Counted from the stretch's first letter, positions 12,511 through 25,843 are shown. The stretch is 64,000 nt of DNA from Malacoraja senta (GCA_038087875.1 CM075977.1:20026001-20090000), one strand, 5' to 3'. Numbers and translations: made by a program. The notes: generated from the sequence alone by a model not told the origin.

Positions 12511-13470
12511 TGGTTATCCAAATTCTGTTGAAGCTATATCATACAGTCAGCTATTGAGTCACTTTGTCTTCCAATAAAACACAAATAATCACAGAGTTAG
12601 GCAGGGTAACAATCCCATTCTGTTTGAGATGGTCAGCAATTCTGATCAGAGGGAGTTACTTTGGAATAATCAAGTTATTATTATAAAGGAGTGCTCATCT
12701 GGGAGAACTGTGGGGATTTGCTGAATATGTCTATAGAATGAACACATCAAAGGACGGATAGATAAGAAATGTTTAGGTCTGGTACCGATGTCAAGCTAGT
12801 GCGAGAAGCATTAATATGTAGCAGGGATGTCGTCATGGAGATCAGAAACTTATTTCCACTCTTTCTGTCAAACCATCTGCCCTATCTCTGTCAATTATTA
12901 AATTTCTTCTCCGCAGGAATTTTCCAATTTACATTGCACTTGCATTGTTTTAAGGTAATTGGCTCACTGGTATTGAATGATAATTAAAATTCAAATAATG
13001 CATTTCCTCGTGAAAGACACATCTCTAAGTTTGAAAGGAAGGGGAATTTTCATAAAGTTGAATGTTCCAATATATTTAATGGCAGTATATCTTGCATATT
13101 ATACATCTTCAGAGAAAGCAAACTATTGCTAATCTATGTGAACTGTAACGACCTACTGAAATTTCTGTATTTGAGCATTTTACATGTTGCACTCGAAATA
13201 TCACATTTAGTTTAATAAGTTTTCGAGAAAATTGCTTGGCTTAGTGAATTACGTTTTTGAGGAGTGGCCTTTTTAATTTGGGAATTTGATTATATTTTTT
13301 AACAATGCATAACATAGGGAATTGTAAATGAAATTAACAAACGCATGAGGAACCTGGCAAACAGAACAGAAATAACCCATTTCCCTTGCAGCAGATGTCA
13401 ATAGGAGAGGAGACAGACCTAGGTCAATTGGCAGGGGGATGGATGCACACAGAATATTGAACAGTACAAT

Positions 13471-16400
13471 CTTCTCTGTGGATTGTCACCTTGTCATGGT
13501 GGAGAAGCTTGTGTGGTCCTGAGATCCTGAGAGCGATGCCGTCTGGAGCTATGCTCCTGGTAGGGCCACCCATGGCGGTAAGGTCGAGGGGGAGGTCTCT
13601 GACAAAAAGTAATCCAACCAAGACCTCAATGGTGGAACAGGCGGAGGATGATGGCACACTTTAGTGGAACGTCACAATGGCTGGGAAAGCGGAAGAAGGC
13701 TGCAGCAGAAAAGGGTCTCCAGTCGTCTTGGACTACATGCCACTGGATCCTGACCCAGATCTGTCAAGAACCATGTGGTGGCTGTCTGTGCACCAGTCTC
13801 CCCACGTTAAACAAAGTCACGCACAGGCATCTTCCATATAGGGAATCCACCTAACACCCTGGATTAAATCCTATGGCGATCAGCAAGTGGCAACGGGGGC
13901 AGAATTGTAAGGTCTGGATGCCCCTAGTCATGAGCTGGAAAATCAGGCGGTGGGTGCTAGATTCAGTCACTTGACTCTTGGAATGAGGCAGAAGAGCCCT
14001 TTGGCAGCTGCACCCATGACTCAGCAGTCCTCTTTAGGATCCACTCTGCTCACCACACTTGGAGAAAGGGCTAGAAAAGGTGCCCTAAAAATAGCCTGCC
14101 TCAAACTTCCCAACTGGATTCCAGAGGTATCACAGGGTCAGAAACACAAAAATATGAATATGAACTTTGGAGCATGCAATGTGCGCACATTGATGGATAG
14201 TGCAACCAGTAACAGACCAGAGAGGAGAACCGCGATCATCGCAAGAGAACTGAGAAGATTGCGGGTTGACATAGCTGCGCTTTCTGAAACCCGGCGGGCA
14301 GACGAAGGACAACTGAAGGAGGAGAAGAGTGGCTACACTTTCTTCTGCAAAGGAAAAGCTGCTGATGAGCCCAGGATCCATGGGTCTCGACCCGAAACGT
14401 CGCCTATTTCCTTCGCTCCATAGATGCTGCCTCACCCGCTGAGTTTCTCCAGCATTTTTGTCTACCAGGATCCATGGTGCTGGGTTTGCCATCAGGAACC
14501 AGCTCATCAGCCACCTCTCTGAACTTCCTGTAGGAATCAGTGAGCGTCTATGGCCATCCGTCTGGTGCTTGCCAACAACCAGATGGCAACAGTTGTGAGT
14601 GCCTATGCCCCTACTTTAGACTCTGAAGAGGAAGTAAAAGAGACCTTCTATGCCTGCTTGGACGAGACACTGTCTAAAATCCCCAGGGAGAATAAGATTA
14701 TTCTCCTAGGAGACTTCAACGCCAGGGTCAGCCGGGACCAACACCTCTGGAAGGGTACCATAGGAAAGGAAGGCGTCGGGAACATCAACTCCAATGGGGC
14801 TCTGCTTCTCAGCAAATGTGCTCAGCACGACCTCATCATCGCGAACACCCTCTTTCACCAGAAAAACAAACTAAAGGCATCTTGGAGACACCCACACTCC
14901 AAACAGTGGCATTTCATTGACTGTCATTGTACATCACAAGGGCCATGATCGATGCAGATGACTGCTGCACAGCTCATCGCCTCATCTGCTCCATGATGTC
15001 CATCAAACAAGAGGAAGAGGAGGATTCAAAGGAAGCAGATCCGGCCAAGGCTGAACTTTGAAAGCCTGGAGGAAACTTCCACCCAGAAGTGATTTCATGC
15101 TTCTCTTGGGGAAAGCCTCCAACAGGAATATTCTGATGATATTGAAGGGCACTGGAGCCGGCTCAAATCCACCATCCTTGATGCCTGTAAAAACATCCTT
15201 GGGTGCAAGACCAGAAAACACCAGGACTGGTTTGACAAGAACGACACAGAGATAGAACAGCTCATCTCCAAGAAAAGGAAAGCCTTTTGTGCCTGACAAT
15301 ATTATGTAACCTGCCAGGGCAAAAGAGCGGCTCACTCCAGAGCCAAGGTGGATGTCCAAAGCCGGGTGGGGGAGTTTAAGAACTCTTGGTGGACAATAAG
15401 GCCCTGGAAATCCAGAAACTGGCAGTCTCGGGTGACACCAGAGGCTTCTTCAGTGCTACGAAGGCCGTCTATGGCCCAAGCTACTGCGGCTTAACGCCCC
15501 TGCGCTCAAAGGATGGATAAGAACTGCTGAAGGACAATGAGTCCATTAATGCCCAATGGGAAGAGCACTTCCAGGAACTCCTCAACCGTGACGGCATAAC
15601 TGAACCAGATATTATCCACCGCTTCCCCCAGAGTCCCATCAGAGAAGACATGGAAGAACCTCCCACTATGAAAGAGGTTCAAGATGCCATCAAGAGCTAG
15701 AAGAACAACAAGGCCACCATTCCAGATGGGATCCCAGCTGAGATCTTCAAGGAAGGTGGACTGGAGTTCCTGTACCACATCCACGCCCTACTCCTCAAGG
15801 TCTGGGAAAAAGAAGAACTTCCCTCAAAACTCAGGGATGCACTAATAGTGACCATTTTCAAGAAGGGAGACAAGGCTGAATGTGGAAACTACAGGGGCAT
15901 CTCGCTCCTGTCAACAACAGGCAAAGTCCTAGCTCGTGTCCTCACAAACCGACTTCCACCACTGTCTGCGGATATACTCCCAGAATCACAGTGTGGTTTC
16001 CGCCCAACCAGAGGTACAGCAGACATGATATTCACAGCACGCCAACTCCAGGAAAAATGCTGTGAACAAAGGCATCCTTTGTACATGGCCTTCATAGACC
16101 TGACAAAGGCTTTTGACTCAGGAGACCGCCAGGCTCTTTGGAGCATACTATCAAGGTACGGTTGTCACGACAAGTACATCAGAACATTGAGGCTTCTACA
16201 TGATGGCATGTCGGTCACAGTGCTCAGCAACTGCGGCTCTGAGTCCGAGTCCTTCATTGTGGAAACGGGGGTCAAACAGGGATGCATCATCGCACCCACC
16301 CTGTTTGTCGTCTTCATTGCTGCCATACTTCACCTTATTGGTGAAGAGCTGCCACAGGGGATCCCAATCCTCTACATAACTGACAGTGGGCTCTTTAACC

Positions 16401-17408
16401 TTAACAGGCTGCCATCATGGAGCTTCAGTACGCAGATGACTGCACCATTGCAGCACACTCTGCAGAAGACCTCCAGGGCATCCTGAATGCCTTTGCCAAG
16501 GCATACAGAGCAATGGGCCTAGCCTTAAATATCAAGAAATCCCAGGTCCTACATCAACCTCCATCCAACCAGCCATCTACCCAGCCCAATATAAAAGTAG
16601 ACGACACCACTCTTGAAAACGTTGACCACTTCCCCTACCTTGGCAGCATTCTTTCCTCAAAAGCTGACATCGACTCTGAGGTCAACCATCGCCTCAGTAT
16701 TCTTTGAAGACCGAGACCTAAAGGCTCAAACAAAACCGCTGGTCTGCAGAGCTGTTGTCCTCTCCACCCTGTTTAATGGAGCCGAGTCATGGAACACCTA
16801 CAGCAGGCACCTGAGAGCCCTGGAACCATACCATCAAAGATCCTGCCGAAAGATTCTGAGGGTCAGCTGGGAGGACAAACACACCAACATCAGCGTTTTG
16901 GAGGAAGCCAACATGACCACCATCACCACCACAATAATGCAGCACCAACTTCGATGGACTGGCCATGTCATCCGCATGTCCAACACACGTCTCCCTAAAC
17001 AAATCCTATACTCTCATTTGAAGGAAGGTCGGCGAGCCCCCGGTGGGCCAAATAAACGCTTCAAGGACAACATCAAGAACAGTCTGAAGAAATTCCACAT
17101 CACATCAAGCAACTGGGAGCACATTGCACTGGACAGGTGCTCCTGGAGGAAATCAGTGGAGGAAGGAGCTGCACTTCACGAAATGGAACTACGCCATGTC
17201 GCAGAGACAAAGCAACAGCACCGTAAGGACAGAGAGAAAGGGGCTCGACGACTACCAACCACCGCCAGTCTTCACTGCCCACATTGCACCAAGGTGTGTG
17301 GATCATGGATCGGCCTCTATAGACATCTGCAGACCCATAAGTGGATAACCCTATGGAGAGGAGAGGACAGTCATACTCGTTTCGTGTGACTGCCGATGAT
17401 GATGATGA
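13471..17408 (+). mobile_element. Near full-length, multiply disrupted RTE (BovB-like) LINE
   Basis: APE motifs (ACNVRTL, ALSETR, AYAPT, GDFNARV), RT motifs (NYRGISLL, ESQCGFR, FIDLTKAFD, GVKQGC, YADD), C-terminal CPHC..H..H finger, (GAT)n tail at 17397-17408. Confidence 0.95.
14384..14464 (+). mobile_element. Short Penelope pLTR insertion inside the RTE endonuclease region
   Basis: TCTCGACCCGAAACGTCGCC...TGAGTTTCTCCAGCATTTTTGTCTA flanked by CCAGGATCCATGG at 14371-14383 and 14465-14477. Confidence 0.88.
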
Positions 17409-17424
17409 CAGCACAGGAACGGGC

Positions 17425-17624
17425 NNNNNNNNNNNNNNNNNNNNNNNNNNNNNNNNNNNNNNNNNNNNNNNNNNNNNNNNNNNNNNNNNNNNNNNNNNNN
17501 NNNNNNNNNNNNNNNNNNNNNNNNNNNNNNNNNNNNNNNNNNNNNNNNNNNNNNNNNNNNNNNNNNNNNNNNNNNNNNNNNNNNNNNNNNNNNNNNNNNN
17601 NNNNNNNNNNNNNNNNNNNNNNNN
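17425..17624. other. Assembly gap (others at 41638-41837, 42725-42970, 63416-63635, 63642-63875)
   Basis: N runs. Confidence 1.
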
Positions 17625-18950
17625 GATAAACAGGGGCTGATTAGGAACAGTCAACATGGATTTGTGCCTGGAAGGTCATGTTTGACTAATCTTCTTGAAT
17701 TTTTTGAAGAGGTTACTCGGGAAATTGATGAGGGTAAAGCCGTGGATGTTGTATATATGGACTTCAGTAAGGCCTTTGACGAGGTTCCTCACGGAAGGTT
17801 GGTTAAGAAGGTTCAATGGTTGGGTATTAATGGTGGAGTAGCAAGATGGATTCAACAGTGGCTGAATGGGAGATGCCAGAGAGTAATGGTGGATGGTTGT
17901 TTGTCAGGTTGGAGGCCAGTGACTAGTGGGGTGCCACAGGGATCTGTGTTGGGTCCACTGTTGTTTGTCATGTACATCAATGATCTGGATGATGGTGTGG
18001 TAAATTGGATTAGTAAGTATGCAGATGATACTAAGATAGGTGGGGCTGTGGATAATGAAGTAGATTTTCAAAGTCTACAGAGAGATTTATGCCGGTTGGA
18101 AGAGTGGGCTGAAAGATGGCAGATGGAGTTTAATGCTGATAAGTGTGAGGTGCTACATCTTGGCAGGACAAATCAAAATAGGACGTACATGGTAAATGGT
18201 AGGGAATTGAAGAATGCAGGTGAACAGAGGGATCTTGGAATAACTGTGCACAGTTCCCTGAAAGTGGAATCTCATGTAGATAGGGTGGTAAAGAAAGCTT
18301 TTGGTGTGCTGGCTTTTATAAATCAGAGCATTGAGTATAGAAGTTGGGATGTAATGTTAAAATTGTACAAGGCATTAGTGAGGCCAATTCTGGAGTATGG
18401 TGTACAATTTTGGTCGCCTAATTATAGGAAGGATGTCAACAAAATAGAGAGAGTACAGAGGAGATTTACTAGAATGCTGCCTGGGTTTCAGCAACTAAGT
18501 TACAGAGAAAGGTTGAACAAGTTAGGGCTTTATTCTTTGGAGCGCAGAAGGTTAAAGGGGGACTTGATAGAGGTCTTTAAAATGATGAGAGGGATAGACA
18601 GAGTTGACGTGGATAAGCTTTTCCCACTGAGAGTAGGGAAGATTCAAACAAGGGGACATGACTTGAGAATTAAGGGACAGAAGTTTAGGGGTAACATGAG
18701 GGGGAACTTCTTTACTCAGAGAGTGGTGGCTGTGTGGAATGAGCTTCCAGTGAAGGTGGTGGAGGCAGCTTCGTTTTTATCATTTAAAAATAAATTGGAT
18801 AGTTATATGGACGGGAAAGGAATGGAGGGTTATGGTCTGAGCGCAGGTATATGGGACTAGGGGAGAATACGTGTTCGGCACGGACTAGAAGGGTCAAGAT
18901 GGCCTGTTTCCGTGCTGTAATTGTTATATGGTTATATGGTTATATGGTTA
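17625..18950 (+). mobile_element. Young CR1 (HER1-like) LINE, 3' part; open RT frame 17664-18860
   Basis: GRSCLTNLLEFF, YMDFSKAFD, GVPQGSVLGP, KYADD; (ATATGGTT)n tail; 5' part runs into a gap. Confidence 0.96.
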
Positions 18951-18954
18951 CATA

Positions 18955-19295
18955 CAAATTGGAGGAACATTACCCCTCCTTCTTTCCCCTCTTCCTCCAC
19001 TAAAAGTCTGTTAACCAGTTTCACAGTTCACAACGATGTATCCCACTTGAGCTCACACTATATCAAGGAATCTCCTTGCCTGAGGTCATCTGTTATCAGC
19101 CCAGATTTGTTCTGTTTTTTCCCCCATTTCCAGTTCCACCCCCCCCCACCCCCACCCACTACAATCAGTCTGAAGAATGGTCCAGACCCAAAACTTTGCC
19201 TATCCATTTTCTCCAAAGATGCTACCTAACCTGTAGAGTTACTCCAGCATTTTATGTCTATCATTGGTATAAACCAGCATCAGCAGTTCCTTTTT
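18955..19295 (+). mobile_element. Penelope 3' region and pLTR
   Basis: CAGTCTGAAGAATGGTCCAGACCCAAAAC..GAGTTACTCCAGCATTTT..AAACCAGCATCAGCAGTTCC. Confidence 0.75.
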
Positions 19296-20602
19296 ATTCC
19301 AGAGAGATGAGGAACGTTGTAACCGCAGCAAGAAAAAGGTTCTTATTCAGTACCTTTCTTTTATTAGGACATACAGAAAGATTACAATTTCCTTCTATTT
19401 ATTTATCTTGTCTTTGTTTACCTTGTATTATTTTCTATCACATTAGATTGAATTCATTTTTTGATCATGTATAAGCTTTGAGTGTTTGTCCAAAAAATTG
19501 AAGCTATTCTCACTGGGTGATTGATGTTATATTATTTTATTGGCTTTTCTTTAGAGCAGTGAATTTCTTGCTAGGTAAGAGTATTTTATTCCTGCAGTTT
19601 AGATGGATTTGTTTTTGGCAAATTTGTATTTGATTGGATTTTGCTGGGAACAAGTATTAACGTGTATGAATAAAACATGATAATTCGTAGAACGTATGAC
19701 TGTTCAAAATTCCTTCGTGCTTAGAGCTTTCTCAGAATAGCATGTGTATTGGAATCACATTGCTCCATTAGAGCAGGTCACAGCCTCTGTCCATTGTGCT
19801 CTGAAAGATTCGTTTTACTAATTCCAGATTACCAAACAGAGGTCCTCAGGTCAACAACAAAAGCTTATGATTGCCAACAGCTGAAATTACTTGGCAGGAA
19901 CAAATCTCTTTGCATACTAAATCAACAAACACAAAGTGGGAGAGGATCCTTTTGGGTGGAAGAATTAGCAAAACTTTCAGCAATGTATTTAGATGTTTAG
20001 AAAATCAAGTCTGCTTCCTGCTCTCAGAGGATGGGGGCTCACAGGAGATGATCTCTTTTAAGCCAAATCTGCCCTGTGGCAGATATATTTTAAACCCGGG
20101 CAAAAGGTGCAGCACTCTAACCCCCCTCCCCTCTCCAACCCCGCCTACTTATTTCATGAACATTGGTTTCTGTAAGTATTATTTAATTTTTGATTTAATT
20201 TGGTTTGAATTAGTTTAATGAACTTTAGCGTGGTGTGTTATTTTTTGCTCTATAGCAGGGGCCGGCAACCTATGGCCCCGGCAAGGAGGCCTGCGCTGGC
20301 GTCCGCAATTGCGGAGCCGCCAAGCGCCACCGAAAGCTGAGCGCCGAGCGCCGCCAAGAGCCGAGCACCGCCGAGAGTCGACAGAAACGTCATCCATTCC
20401 TTCTCTCCAGAGTCGCTGCCTGTGCCGCAGAGTTATTCCAGCAACTTGTGTCCATTCACGTACTCTTTGTATCTCTGTGGAATATAGACCCCGTGGAGGC
20501 GTTGGATGGAATTATATAACTGGTTTGGACTGATGTTGGGATGCCAGAGGTGGAGAGTCTGCTGCCCATATGCTTTCTGTAAGAGCAGCTGATTTACTGC
20601 CA

Positions 20603-21150
20603 ATAGACAATAGACAATAGGTGCAGGAGTAGGCCATTCGGCCCTTCGAGCCAGCACTGCCATTCAATGTGATCATGGCTGATTATCCACAATCAGTACC
20701 TCGTTCCTGCCTTCTCCCCATATCTTTAAGAGCTCTATCTAGCTCTCTCTTGAAAGTATCCAGAGAACCGGCCTCCACCGCTCTCTGAGGGAGAGAATTC
20801 CACAGACTCACAACTCTCTGTGAGAAAAAGTGTTTCCTCATCTCCGTTCTAAATGGCTTACCCCTTATCTTAAACTGTGGCCCCTGGTTCTGGCCTCCCC
20901 TAACATCGGGAACATGTTTCCTGCCCTAGCGTGTCCAAACCCTTAACAATCTTATATGTTTCAATAAGATCCCCTCTCATCCTTCTAAACTCCAGAGTGT
21001 ACAAGCCCAGCCGTTCCAGTCTCTCAGCAAAAGTCAGTCCAACCATCCCTGGAATTAACCTTGTAAACCTACGCTGCACTCCCTCAATAGCAAGAATGTC
21101 CTTCCTCAAATTAGGGGACCAAAACTGCACACAATACTCCAGGTACACAA
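20603..21150 (-). mobile_element. 5'-truncated CR1 LINE inside the hAT element
   Basis: [26 protein letters not shown]; tail; TACTGCCA repeated at 20595 and 21151. Confidence 0.92.
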
Positions 21151-21432
21151 TACTGCCATTGTTTATGTATCTACCGTACCCTATTTCAGTTCAGATCCTT
21201 ACCAAAACATAAAATTATACATAAATTGTACAAGACAGTGAAAAGAAAAAATACTGTGCAATGAAATCAAAACATTAGATCAAACTGCCCAAACTCCAGT
21301 GCAACCTGTTCCACCTTAATCCCTCTGCCTACGATGATTTTGAACCATATCTCCTCTCAGCCTTCGCTCCTACTAAAAGACATTCTCCAGCATTGCAACC
21401 AAATTTCCAGGTCGCAGGGCTGTTCTAAGAAA

Positions 21433-21653
21433 TAAACACAAAATGCTGGAGTAACTCAATGGGGCAGGCAGCATTCCCGGAAAGAAGGAATGGGTGATGT
21501 TTCAGGTCGAGACCCTTCTTCAGACTGAAGAAGGGGTTCGATCCGAAACGTCACCCATTCCTTTTCTTCAGAGATACTGCCTGTCCCGCTGAGTTACTCC
21601 AGCAATTTGAGTCTACCTTCGATGTAAACCAGCATCTGCAGTTCCTTCCTACA
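21433..21653. mobile_element. Palindromic (inverted) Penelope pLTR pair
   Basis: Arms of ~90 bp inverted around CTTCTTCAGACTGAAGAAG; hammerhead-like core on both strands. Confidence 0.85.
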
Positions 21654-22361
21654 TTGTTCTAGTAAATCTTGTCTGCGCTCTCTGCCGTGCTTTCGCGCTG
21701 TATACTGCAGTACGCAATATCCCAGCCTTAATGATACCAATGTTTTAACAAAGTTCAACACAACCTCCTGGCCTTGTACCCAGCACCTTCAATTACAAAC
21801 CTGTGCAAATGGTTGGCATTGTTGATACTGCATATTTGGTATAGTGTATATACTGCATAGTGGAGTATCTTGCTCCGCCAGTGCTCCCGGTGGCGTCCTT
21901 GAAGGGGCGGGATCTATGTGACATGTGATTTGTTGCCTGCCATCCGGGACGGGATGGGGGCAGGATCCATGTGTGCACGTGATAGATGTGGCCCGCCATC
22001 AGCTTACAGATATGCGTCCCAGCCCCTATGCAGAAGAAGGTTGCCGACCCCTGCTCTATAGAGGCAAAGATCGCAAAGAAATCAGTTACAGTATTTTTAA
22101 AACAATATTACTATTGTTATTAGAAATGCTGCAGACTATTTAGCAGTATCTATCAGTCCTGAGAAAGAGTATGTCACAGCCTGGATTTGATGGTCGCTGG
22201 TTGTGCATAAAACATTGTGGAACATCTGCTGGAATGTCACATTTCCTACAGTCCAATACCTGTGCCAATGAATAAGTTATAGCTAGATAAGTATTTAGCT
22301 TTCTGTGAAAAGCAACCACTGGTGCTTACATTTACACCGTTAGTAACCCTCAGCAAGTGTG

Positions 22362-22580
22362 GGATCAAGGGTCAAGAGTTAATAGTCATGGATATGTCAT
22401 TATGTACCAACTATGGAACAATGACATTCTTACTAATAGCAGCGTAAGAGGCCTGTAGTTGCTAAATATACAGATAATATATAATAAACAAAAAAATCAA
22501 TATATTAATACCACAATACTAGCATGGAAAACTCAAAGTCCGTACTGAAACCAAAACCTGTCCATAGAAGTTCATAACTC
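22362..22580 (-). mobile_element. Rex1-type LINE 3' tail
   Basis: Reverse complement resembles the Rex1 3' UTR at 38200-38277. Confidence 0.55.
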
Positions 22581-22899
22581 AATTGCTGCCCACCTGCATC
22601 TGAGCTGAGCTGTCTGCTCCAATGCAGCCCCCCCCCCCCCCCTGTGCAGTCATTCATGTGGAGTCTGTGTCCCAGAACTACAGTATGTTTGATGAGGTAT
22701 CATTTGGACAAGCAGCCAACTAAATTCCCCTTTGATTGTTGGTGATGCCCTATCTCCCTCCTCCCCCCAACCCACCCTTCCCTTCAACCACCAGACCCTG
22801 TGGGGTTGTCAGGACTATTGAGTTGAAGATTGATTGAAAGATACAGCAGATCCACTGTAGTAGAACCAAAGGTGCTTCACAGCAGAAATCCTGGGGGGA

Positions 22900-23250
22900 C
22901 ACTCCCCCCCCCCCCCTGATTTGAGAAGTGGGGGGACGATCCTCTCCCATGTTTTGTAATCCGGACTTTATCAGCCGCTTTCTAAGGGCTGAATTGGACC
23001 ATTCGCGGGGCCTTTCAATGCCCAGCGCGGCTGAAAATCAAACTGCTGCATCGAGGCGATCAAGGCTCCCGATGTTGAAGCCCCCGCCAGCCGATGAAAG
23101 ACCCCATGAAAGGGCCGATTCAAGCCCCACGATTCGGGGCGGACGAAGCTGCTGTTGCTGGAGTTCGGAGTCGGTCACCAACCAGATCAGCTCCCAATGT
23201 TACCGTCCACAGGGCCGACGGCCGAAGCCTTGCATGTGCGCGTGGCCGCC
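22900..23250. mobile_element. Fragment of the GC-rich non-coding element family
   Basis: GAGGCGATCAAGGCTCCCGATGTTG and CGTCCACAGGGCCG similar to 46115-46140 and 46320-46340. Confidence 0.55.
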
Positions 23251-24734
23251 AAGAAATTTAGTCCCCCGCATGTTTTGATAGCGATTTCTGTGCCTGGTTG
23301 GGGAGAGGAGGGAGACAGGGCATCACCAATTATCAAAGGGGAAATTGGCTGCTTGTCTGAATGGTACCTGGTCAAACATAGTTCTGGGACTCAGATTGCA
23401 CATGAATGACTGCACAGGGGTCTGCATTAGATCAGACAGCTCAGCTCGGACACAGATGTTTTTGGGTAACAGATGATCTGAGAGTATTTATTTATAATGT
23501 AATGTTTCAATCAACAATGTTAATTAATTAACAATGTTAAGGATGTAAACTCATCACTGTGCCATGAATAAATTTGAATGTGCCTCTTCGAAGTCATTAA
23601 AATATATAATTAATAGCATGCATCCAAACCAAATACTTGAGAGACGGTACTATTCACATCAGCCAATTACAATACCTTTCTATTACAGTCTCTGCAATCT
23701 CTGGCTCAGTCACACTGCTAATTTTTTAATTAGTCCTCATAAGAATTGGCATTAAACTCTAATCTCATGTGAGCGTGTCAAAGAGAGGCCTTCTGGAAGT
23801 CATATGATTAGCGACCAGTGCATGTTTCCTTATTCACTGCGTTACTTGCTTCTTCAAAATATTCAATTAGTTGCATCAGGCATGACCCGAGTATGAAAAT
23901 CCGATTAAAGATCTGCATCAGTGTTCACTCCAGCAGAGTGGAAGCAGTGGGTTGTAAATCAACCATGAGAGAGATGACAGTGACAGAGCATCCTGAAGCT
24001 GGAATACCAAGCAAAGTACTTCCAATTCTCACTGATCAGCTGCACCTGACACAGACATTGTGCTGTATCATCCCCTATTACCGACACAGGTTCAGACGAA
24101 GCGGACCACCAGTTCCACTTTAGTTCCACTATTATTGAACAGCAATGAGAGGTTGTCGATGTCCGCAAAAACTCCATCCAGTTGATCTGCATAGGCTTTA
24201 AGAACAGGGCCAGGTATACCATCAGGTCCAGTCACTTTTTGAGGGTTCGCCTCCCGAAGGATTTTCTGACGACAGCCTCTGTGACTGAGATTGAAATACC
24301 TTCGGAGGCTATGGGGACCTGGGATGGCACATCATGGTTCTCCCGATCAAAGCATTCCGTAGAACACATTGAGATCATCTGGGAGTTATGCTTCACTGTC
24401 GCTTGAGCTGCCCCCTGATTTCACTTTGTAGAAAGTGATGTCATGCAAGCCCCAACATAGCTGTCAAACATCTGCCTCATCCTCCAATTCAGAGGGAAAA
24501 TCCCTTTTAGCCTTTTTGATGGGCTTATCAAGGTCAGGTCTGTGCAATGACTGTTGAGGGTTCGCTCTTCAGTCGCTGCCTATGTGCAGGAAGAAAGAGC
24601 ACTGCCGAGTGGTCGTCTTTCCCACAGTGACGGTGAGGGATGGAGCGATATGCATTCTTGATGGTGTTATAGCAGTGGACAAGGGCGTTTGGTCCTCTGG
24701 GGCTGCCAATTTATTCTCCCCACATTCCTCCTAC

Positions 24735-25152
24735 CTTTCACTCAAGCACTAGGGGTAAGTTACAGTGGCTGATTAATCTTAGTCTGCACGAGTTTGGAAT
24801 GCAGGAGGAAACTGGAACACAAGGATGAAATCCATGCAATCACCGGGGGAATATGGGACTGCATGTGGACAGCACCAGCGTTTCACTGGAGGTGTGCAGC
24901 AGCAGCAGCAGCAGCAGTTTTATTAGCCATGCCACTGGAGGTGTGCAGCAGCAGCAGCAGCAGCAGTTTTATTAGCCATGCCACTGGAGGTGTGCAGCAG
25001 CAGCAGCAGCAGCAGCAGCAGTTTTATTAGCCATGCCACTGGAGGTGTGCAGCAGCAGCAGCAGCAGCAGCAGCATTATTAGCCATGCCACTGGAGGTGT
25101 GCAGCAGCAGCAGCAGCAGCAGCAGCATTATTAGCCATGCCACTGGAGGTGT

Positions 25153-25183
<31 letters not shown>

Positions 25184-25262
25184 TATTAGCCATGCCACTG
25201 GAGGTGTGCAGCAGCAGCAGCAGCAGCAGCAGCAGCTTTATTAGCCATGCCACTGGAGGTGT

Positions 25263-25300
<38 letters not shown>

Positions 25301-25415
25301 TTTATTAGCCATGCCACTGGAGGTGTGCAGCAGCAGCAGTTTTATTAGCCATGCCACTGGAGGTGTGCAGCAGCAGCAGCAGCAGCAGTTTTATTAGCCA
25401 TGCCACTGGAGGTGT

Positions 25416-25446
<31 letters not shown>

Positions 25447-25559
25447 TATTAGCCATGCCACTGGAGGTGTGCAGCAGCAGCAGTTTTATTAGCCATGCCA
25501 CTGGAGGTGTGCAGCAGCAGCAGCAGCAGCAGCTTTATTAGCCATGCCACTGGAGGTGT

Positions 25560-25597
<38 letters not shown>

Positions 25598-25623
25598 TTT
25601 ATTAGCCATGCCACTGGAGGTGT

Positions 25624-25676
<53 letters not shown>

Positions 25677-25702
25677 TTTATTAGCCATGCCACTGGAGGT
25701 GT

Positions 25703-25739
<37 letters not shown>

Positions 25740-25806
25740 TATTAGCCATGCCACTGGAGGTGTGCAGCAGCAGCAGCAGCATTATTAGCCATGCCACTGG
25801 AGGTGT

Positions 25807-25843
<37 letters not shown>

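Larger units (their letters stand above)
20256..22053. mobile_element. Non-autonomous hAT (Charlie-like) DNA transposon with nested inserts
   Basis: TIRs CAGGGGCCGGCAACCT / AGGTTGCCGACCCCTG (15 of 16 match) and perfect 8-bp TSD CTCTATAG (20248-20255, 22054-22061). Confidence 0.92.

Noticed and set aside
13461-17416. ACAGTACA/ACAGCACA as the RTE target site duplication
   Set aside because: Short, mismatched and next to a gap; not reliable
23820-24720. Possible old minus-strand LINE or coding remnant
   Set aside because: Too degenerate to assign by eye
24794-25030. PolyA/polyS/polyQ protein ORF
   Set aside because: By-product of the minisatellite frame rotation; no splice or coding context
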